DNA of 4,439 bases. Source: a virus. Its lineage: Duplodnaviria; Heunggongvirae; Uroviricota; Caudoviricetes. The notes beneath the pieces were generated by a model, which worked only from the letters and a program-made list of their open reading frames with translations, ran no database searches and was not told the DNA's origin. The position numbers were made by a program, and so were the translations under genes. This document shows positions 1-4,439 of this stretch, one piece after another. The stretch lies in the IMG/VR virus record IMGVR_UViG_2778261462_000001, one strand, 5' to 3'. Numbering within the stretch: position 1 is the stretch's first letter; every line of letters starts with the position of its first letter.

Positions 1-127
1 GTTTAATTATATCGAATGTGATTACAATCGGTGGCGGCGGCACAGTTGGTGTGGCGGCCTCAGTCCGGAACAATTTGAAAACAAGAACCTCGCTTAGGCC
101 TGTGTCCATATTACGTGGGTAGGATCA
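1..127 (+). mobile_element. IS3-family insertion sequence, 3' (right) end; the element continues upstream of the window
   Basis: The sequence ends at 127 with ...GGCCTGTGTCCATATTACGTGGGTAGGATCA, i.e. the 5'-TG...CA-3' terminus typical of IS3-family elements. From memory this matches the right terminal inverted repeat of E. coli IS3. The preceding frame encodes a transposase-like C-terminus. The boundary at 127/128 is set by where that recalled repeat ends. Confidence 0.7.
2..97 (+). CDS. IS3-family transposase OrfB (InsF-like), C-terminal fragment; 5' part lies outside the window
   Basis: Frame 2 is open from the window edge to TAG at 95-97 and encodes ...[28 protein letters not shown]. The YN-x-RRHS...LSPEQF pattern is the conserved C-terminal tail of IS3-family DDE (rve) transposases. 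It is absent from the supplied ORF track only because it has no in-window start. Confidence 0.6.
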
Positions 128-176
128 TGGAGGCACCAGGCACTGCATCACAAAATTCATTGTTGAGGACGCGATA

Positions 177-365
177 ATGAAAACGTTATTACCAAACGTT
201 AATACGTCTGAAGGTTGTTTTGAAATTGGTGTCACTATCAGTAACCCAGTATTTACTGAAGATGCCATTAACAAGAGAAAACAAGAACGGGAGCTATTAA
301 ATAAAATATGCATTGTTTCAATGCTGGCTCGTTTACGTCTGATGCCAAAAGGATGTGCACAATGA
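177..365 (+). CDS. hypothetical small protein (62 aa), first gene of a two-gene small-ORF pair
   Basis: ATG at 177 is preceded by GAGGA (165-169) at 7 nt spacing. Its TGA stop (363-365) overlaps the ATG (362-364) of the next ORF as ATGA, a classic translational-coupling arrangement. I recognise no family for the product. Confidence 0.4.
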   Translation: MKTLLPNVNTSEGCFEIGVTISNPVFTEDAINKRKQERELLNKICIVSMLARLRLMPKGCAQ

Positions 366-553
366 ATTCAGCATTTGTGCTTGTTCTGACAGTTTTTCTT
401 GTTTCCGGAGAGCCAGTTGATATTGCAGTCAGTGTTTACAGGACAATGCAGGAGTGTATGACTGCAGCAACCGAACAGAAAATTCCCGGTAACTGTTACC
501 CGGTCGATAAAGTTATTCACCAGGATAATATCGAAATCCCGGCAGGTCTTTAA
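362..553 (+). CDS. hypothetical small protein (63 aa) with a hydrophobic N-terminal segment (signal-peptide or membrane-anchor-like)
   Basis: ATG at 362 is preceded by AAGGA (347-351). The product MNSAFVLVLTVFLVSGEPVD... opens with an uncharged hydrophobic stretch of about 14 residues followed by a polar region with two Cys. The ORF track extends the frame upstream to ATG 308 (81 aa), but 362 has the better ribosome-binding site and the ATGA overlap. Confidence 0.5.
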   Translation: MNSAFVLVLTVFLVSGEPVDIAVSVYRTMQECMTAATEQKIPGNCYPVDKVIHQDNIEIPAGL

Positions 554-645
554 AACAGTTCCGTAATAAATATCCGGTTTCATTCTTATATGCCAGCAAT
601 GGCAGGGATTTGTTCATCCTTAAATCTGTCATGAGGTTAAAACAA

Positions 646-3117
646 ATGAGTAAAGTCTTTATTTGCGCCGCTATTCCTGACGAACTGGCAACAAGGGAAG
701 AAGGCGCTGTGGCTGTAGCCACAGCCATTGAAGCTGGCGACGAACGCCGTGCTCGAGCAAAATTTCACTGGCAATTCCTGGAACATTATCCGGCTGCTCA
801 GGACTGCGCTTATAAATTTATTGTCTGCGAGGATAAACCTGGCATACCCCGCCCTGCCCTCGATTCATGGGATGCTGAATATATGCAGGAAAACCGCTGG
901 GATGAGGAGTCTGCTTCTTTTGTCCCGGTTGAGACTGAATCCGATCCGATGAACGTCACTTTTGACAAGCTGGCCCCTGAAGTACAGAACGCTGTCATGG
1001 TTAAGTTCGACACATGTGAAAACATCACCGTTGATATGGTTATTAGCGCACAGGAATTGTTGCAGGAAGACATGGCAACATTCGACGGACATATCGTTGA
1101 AGCGTTGATGAAAATGCCAGAAGTTAACGCCATGTATCCGGAGCTTAAGTTGCACGCCATTGGGTGGGTTAAGCATAAATGTATTCCTGGTGCTAAATGG
1201 CCCGAAATTCAGGCAGAGATGCGCATCTGGAAAAAACGTCGCGAAGGTGAACGCAAGGAAACCGGAAAATACACGTCTGTTGTTGATCTCGCCCGCGCCA
1301 GAGCCAATCAACAGTACACTGAAAATTCAACAGGAAAAATCAGCCCGGTCATTGCTGCCATTCATCGCGAATACAAGCAGACATGGAAAACACTGGATGA
1401 CGAACTGGCCTACGCTCTCTGGCCTAGTGATGTGGATGCCGGAAACATTGACGGCAGCATCCATCGCTGGGCAAAAAAAGAAGTTATCGACAACGACCGC
1501 GAAGACTGGAAGCGTATCTCGGCATCAATGCGCAAACAGCCTGATGCCCTTCGCTACGACCGCCAAACTATTTTTGGCCTTGTCCGTGAGCGTCCGATCG
1601 ACATTCACAAAGATCCCGTAGCACTGAACAAATATATCTGCGAATACCTGACGACAAAGGGCGTGTTTGAGAATGAAGAAACAGACCTGGGCACTGTTGA
1701 TGTTCTCCAGTCATCAGAAACACAAACTGATGCAGTGGAAACTGAGGTATCTGATATCCCAAAAAATGAAACCGCGCCGGAAGCTGAACCATCTGTAGAG
1801 CGTGAGGGGCCGTTCTATTTCCTCTTCGCAGATAAGGACGGAGAAAAATACGGTCGCGCAAACAAACTCTCTGGTCTGGATAAGGCACTGGCTGCTGGCG
1901 CCACTGAAATCACAAAAGAAGAATATTTTGCCCGAAAGAATGGCACATACACGGGCTTACCGCAAAATGTAGATACCGCTGAAGATTCAGAACAACCAGA
2001 GCCGATAAAAGTTACCGCTGACGAAGTAAACAAAATTATGCAGGCAGCCAATATCAGCCAGCCTGACGCCGATAAGTTGCTTGCTGCATCACGTGGTGAA
2101 TTTGTTGAAGGGATTAGTGACCCGAATGATCCGAAATGGGTTAAGGGGCTCCAGACCCGCGATTCTGTGAACCAGAACCAGCATGAATCGGAACGGAACT
2201 ACCAAAAAGCGGAACAAAACAGTCCAAATGCGTTACAAAACGAGCCAGAAACGAAACAGCCTGAACCAGTAGCGCAACAGGAAGTGGAAAAAGTCTGCAC
2301 CGCCTGCGGTCAGACCGGCGGCGGCAACTGCCCTGATTGTGGCGCGGTGATGGGCGACGCAACATACCAAGAAACATTCGATGAAGAGTATCAGGTTGAA
2401 GTTCAGGAAGATGATCCGGAGGAAATGGAAGGCGCTGAACATCCACACAAGGAGAACACTGGCGGCAATCAGCATCACAATAGCGATAATGAAACTGGCG
2501 AGACGGCAGATCACCCAATTAAGGTGAACGGTCATCACGAAATCACATCCACCAGCAGGACGTGTGACCATCTAATGATCGACCTTGAAACCATGGGAAA
2601 AAATCCTGATGCCCCGATCATCTCAATAGGTGCAATATTTTTCGATCCGCAAACCGGAGATATGGGACCGGAATTTAGTAAGACTATCGATCTGGAAACT
2701 GCTGGCGGAGTCATTGATCGGGACACCATTAAATGGTGGCTTAAGCAATCACGCGAAGCGCAATCTGCCATTATGACCGATGAAATCCCGTTAGATGATG
2801 CACTGTTACAATTGCGAGAATTTATCGACGAAAACTCCGGTGAATTTTTTGTTCAGGTTTGGGGAAATGGAGCCAACTTCGACAACACGATTTTGCGCCG
2901 TTCATACGAACGGCAGGGGATCCCCTGCCCGTGGCGTTACTACAACGATCGCGATGTACGCACAATCGTTGAGCTGGGGAAAGCCATAGACTTCGATGCC
3001 AGAACGGCTATTCCATTCGAAGGTGAGCGCCATAATGCACTTGATGACGCCCGTTACCAGGCAAAATACGTTTCAGTTATCTGGCAAAAACTGATCCCGA
3101 GTCAGGCTGATTCTTAA
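646..3117 (+). CDS. large prophage-encoded modular protein with C-terminal DEDDh (DnaQ-like) 3'-5' exonuclease domain; N-terminal domain of unknown function; putative prophage exonuclease
   Basis: Single long ORF (track: 610-3117 with a TTG start). I prefer ATG 646 (MSKVF...), which has GAGG at 633-636 about 9 nt upstream; ATG 631 is an alternative. The C-terminal region carries the three DEDDh motifs: Exo I D-L-E in MIDLETMG (D 2581-2583, E 2587-2589), Exo II in WGNGANFDNTIL (D 2881-2883), Exo III H-x4-D in HNALDDARYQ (H 3031-3033, D 3046-3048). Its position immediately upstream of xis-int matches the exo slot of lambdoid pL operons. Confidence 0.85.
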   Translation: MSKVFICAAIPDELATREEGAVAVATAIEAGDERRARAKFHWQFLEHYPAAQDCAYKFIVCEDKPGIPRPALDSWDAEYMQENRWDEESASFVPVETESDPMNVTFDKLAPEVQNAVMVKFDTCENITVDMVISAQELLQEDMATFDGHIVEALMKMPEVNAMYPELKLHAIGWVKHKCIPGAKWPEIQAEMRIWKKRREGERKETGKYTSVVDLARARANQQYTENSTGKISPVIAAIHREYKQTWKTLDDELAYALWPSDVDAGNIDGSIHRWAKKEVIDNDREDWKRISASMRKQPDALRYDRQTIFGLVRERPIDIHKDPVALNKYICEYLTTKGVFENEETDLGTVDVLQSSETQTDAVETEVSDIPKNETAPEAEPSVEREGPFYFLFADKDGEKYGRANKLSGLDKALAAGATEITKEEYFARKNGTYTGLPQNVDTAEDSEQPEPIKVTADEVNKIMQAANISQPDADKLLAASRGEFVEGISDPNDPKWVKGLQTRDSVNQNQHESERNYQKAEQNSPNALQNEPETKQPEPVAQQEVEKVCTACGQTGGGNCPDCGAVMGDATYQETFDEEYQVEVQEDDPEEMEGAEHPHKENTGGNQHHNSDNETGETADHPIKVNGHHEITSTSRTCDHLMIDLETMGKNPDAPIISIGAIFFDPQTGDMGPEFSKTIDLETAGGVIDRDTIKWWLKQSREAQSAIMTDEIPLDDALLQLREFIDENSGEFFVQVWGNGANFDNTILRRSYERQGIPCPWRYYNDRDVRTIVELGKAIDFDARTAIPFEGERHNALDDARYQAKYVSVIWQKLIPSQADS

Positions 3118-3128
3118 TGTTCAACTGT

Positions 3129-3160
3129 CGCCGGTTGTGACTGGTATTCTGCAACCGGCG
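3129..3160. other. perfect 9-bp inverted repeat (hairpin) in the exo-xis intergenic region; possible terminator/attenuator or protein-binding site
   Basis: CGCCGGTTG (3129-3137) and CAACCGGCG (3152-3160) are exact reverse complements separated by a 14-nt loop, 12 nt after the exo stop codon. No U-tract follows on the + strand, so it is not a canonical intrinsic terminator. Confidence 0.4.
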
Positions 3161-3189
3161 CTCGTCTGATGTAAGAGATAAAGAAATCG

Positions 3190-3441
3190 ATGAGCGAAGT
3201 AATCATGATTGTCTCTCCCGGCAAATGGGTATCCGAAGAGCAGTTAATTGCGCTGAAAGGAATAAAAAAAGGTACGTTAAAAAAGGCCCGGGAAAAATCG
3301 TTTATGGAAGGAAGGGAATATAAGCATGTCGCTCATGACGGTATGCCATGGGATAACAGTCCATGCTTTTACAACCTGGAAGAAATTGATCGCTGGATTG
3401 AGCGCCAGGCATCAGCGAGACCAAGACGTCATCTTACTTGA
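3190..3441 (+). CDS. excisionase-like small DNA-binding protein (putative Xis / recombination directionality factor)
   Basis: 83 aa basic ORF immediately upstream of, and co-oriented with, the integrase gene (19-nt gap), which is the canonical xis position. The call rests mainly on size, position and composition, not on a recognised motif. An alternative start is ATG 3205. Confidence 0.55.
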   Translation: MSEVIMIVSPGKWVSEEQLIALKGIKKGTLKKAREKSFMEGREYKHVAHDGMPWDNSPCFYNLEEIDRWIERQASARPRRHLT

Positions 3442-3460
3442 CTAAAAGCCACACTAACTA

Positions 3461-4312
3461 ATGAGAGAAGTTGAAATGAAATATCCGACAGGCGTGGAAA
3501 ACCATGGAGGGAAATTACGTATCTGGTTTGTTTATAAAGACGTAAGAGTCAGGGAAAATCTGGGGGTTCCTGACACAGCAAAAAACAGGCGCGTTGCAGG
3601 TGAACTACGCTCCTCTGTTTGTTACGCAATAAAAACTGGTGTTTTCGACTATGCAAAACAGTTTCCCTCCTCACGCAATCTGGAAAAATTTGGTGAGGCC
3701 CGACAAGATTTAACCATAAAAGAACTGGCTGAAAAATTTCTGGCACTGAAAGAAACTGAAGTCGCCAAAACATCACTCAACACATACCGTGCCGTCATCA
3801 AAAATATCCTGAGCATAATCGGTGAAAAAAATCTTGCCTCATCGATTAATAAAGAAAAATTACTGGAGGTTCGTAAAGAGTTACTGACTGGATACCAGAT
3901 CCCCAAAAGTAACTATATTGTTACACAACCAGGGAGATCGGCTGTAACTGTAAATAATTACATGACAAATCTTAACGCCGTGTTCCAGTTTGGTGTTGAT
4001 AACGGTTACCTGGCAGATAATCCGTTTAAGGGGATCTCGCCATTAAAGGAATCAAGAACCATTCCGGATCCTCTTTCGCGGGAAGAATTTATCCGTCTTA
4101 TCGATGCGTGCAGAAATCAGCAAGCAAAAAATTTATGGTGTGTTTCTGTTTATACTGGAGTTCGCCCTGGTGAGCTGTGTGCACTTGGATGGGAGGACAT
4201 AGATCTGAAAAATGGAACAATGATGATCAGGAGAAATTTAGCAAAAGACCGTTTCACGGTACCAAAAACACAGGCGGGAACCAATCGGGTCATTCATCTT
4301 ATTAAGCCAGCA
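3461..4312 (+). pseudogene. phage tyrosine integrase (IntE/IntR-like, with N-terminal arm-binding domain), 3'-truncated by IS1 insertion
   Basis: The N-terminus MKYPTGVENHGGKLRIWFVYKDVRVRENLG matches, from memory, the PTGVE...LRIWF arm-binding motif of e14/Rac-type integrases (more likely start ATG 3476). Catalytic box I is present (TGVRPGEL, then KTQAGTNRVIHL), but the downstream H-x-x-R box and the catalytic Tyr are missing. The reading frame runs into IS1 at 4313, and the ORF-track tail [26 protein letters not shown] is translated IS1 DNA. Confidence 0.85.
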
Positions 4313-4439
4313 GGTAATGACTCCAACTTATTGATAGTGTTTTATGTTCAGATAATGCCCGATGACTTTGTCATGCAGCTCCACCGATTTTGAGAACGAC
4401 AGCGACTTCCGTCCCAGCCGTGCCAGGTGCTGCCTCAGA
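4313..4439 (-). mobile_element. IS1 insertion sequence, terminal 127 bp (insB-proximal end); the element continues beyond the window
   Basis: 4313 onward reads GGTAATGACTCCAACTTATTGATAGTG..., which I recognise as the IS1 terminal inverted repeat, followed by the complement of the insB 3' end. The junction at 4312/4313 lies inside the integrase frame. Confidence 0.9.
4328..4439 (-). CDS. insB: IS1 transposase InsB, C-terminal fragment (3' end of gene; rest outside window)
   Basis: The reverse complement of 4328-4439 translates to ...[36 protein letters not shown] followed by a stop (TAA, complement of 4328-4330). This matches the InsB C-terminus as I remember it. Confidence 0.8.

Noticed and set aside
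177-553. Identifying the two small ORFs as lambda cIII, kil, gam or ral equivalents
   Set aside because: I see no sequence resemblance to those proteins as I recall them. Only the operon position is analogous.
610-645. TTG at 610 used by the ORF track as the start of the long ORF (835 aa), and ATG at 631
   Set aside because: Neither has a recognisable Shine-Dalgarno sequence, whereas ATG 646 has GAGG about 9 nt upstream. The start remains uncertain by 5 to 12 codons, but 646 is the best-supported.
125-728. Minus-strand ORFs 125-313, 368-583 and 513-728 overlapping the small-ORF region and the exo start
   Set aside because: They are antisense to the + strand ORFs that have ribosome-binding sites and the ATGA coupling, and their products are low complexity. 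I cannot fully exclude them, but the + strand interpretation is more parsimonious.
810-2771. Minus-strand ORFs embedded in the exonuclease gene (810-1160, 865-1311, 1568-1888, 1815-2051, 2141-2518, 2233-2571, 2535-2771)
   Set aside because: All lie antisense within a long, well-supported + strand ORF. Their products are low-complexity or Cys/Arg-rich in the way typical of reverse-frame artefacts, and I see no ribosome-binding sites or family resemblance.
728-2989. Plus-strand alternative-frame ORFs inside the exonuclease gene (728-952, 1160-1621, 2795-2989)
   Set aside because: Out-of-frame overlaps with the long ORF. Their translations look like random frame products with no motifs.
646-3117. 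Calling the large protein RecE / exonuclease VIII or lambda Exo on the basis of its position next to xis-int
   Set aside because: RecE and lambda Exo are PD-(D/E)xK 5'-3' nucleases. The motifs visible here are DEDDh (DnaQ-like), so positional analogy does not justify that name.
3549-3906. Minus-strand ORFs 3549-3776 and 3649-3906 antisense to the integrase
   Set aside because: They lie within the integrase coding region, which carries recognisable N-terminal and box I motifs on the + strand. Nothing supports independent genes.
4313-4393. C-terminal tail of the track ORF 3461-4393 ([26 protein letters not shown]) as genuine integrase sequence
   Set aside because: This stretch is the IS1 terminal repeat and insB complement read in the integrase frame. 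It is not integrase.
1-4439. CRISPR array, tRNA/attachment site or rRNA
   Set aside because: No spaced direct repeats and no tRNA-like sequence are visible. The att/tRNA side of the integrase is displaced beyond the IS1 and lies outside the window.

Overview
This window is an IS-bounded fragment of a lambdoid-type prophage integration/recombination module, probably from an E. coli/Shigella-like genome (judged from the IS1 and IS3 ends). Left to right: the 3' end of an IS3-family element (1-127, transposase C-terminus in frame 2); two small ORFs joined by an ATGA stop/start overlap (177-365, 362-553); one large modular ORF (646-3117, about 824 aa) with a C-terminal DEDDh (DnaQ-like) 3'-5' exonuclease domain, preceded by an acidic low-complexity region and a CxxC-x7-CxxC motif; an 83 aa excisionase-like ORF (3190-3441); and a tyrosine integrase gene (from 3461) cut at 4312/4313 by an IS1 element, whose terminal repeat and insB 3' end (minus strand) fill the rest of the window. 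All prophage genes are on the + strand, in the order expected for the distal end of a lambda pL-type operon (exo-like, xis, int). No rRNA, tRNA or CRISPR array is visible. The most interesting object is the large exonuclease-like protein with its two small upstream ORFs, which look intact while the integrase is inactivated. All identifications are by eye and from memory of family motifs; no database search was run.
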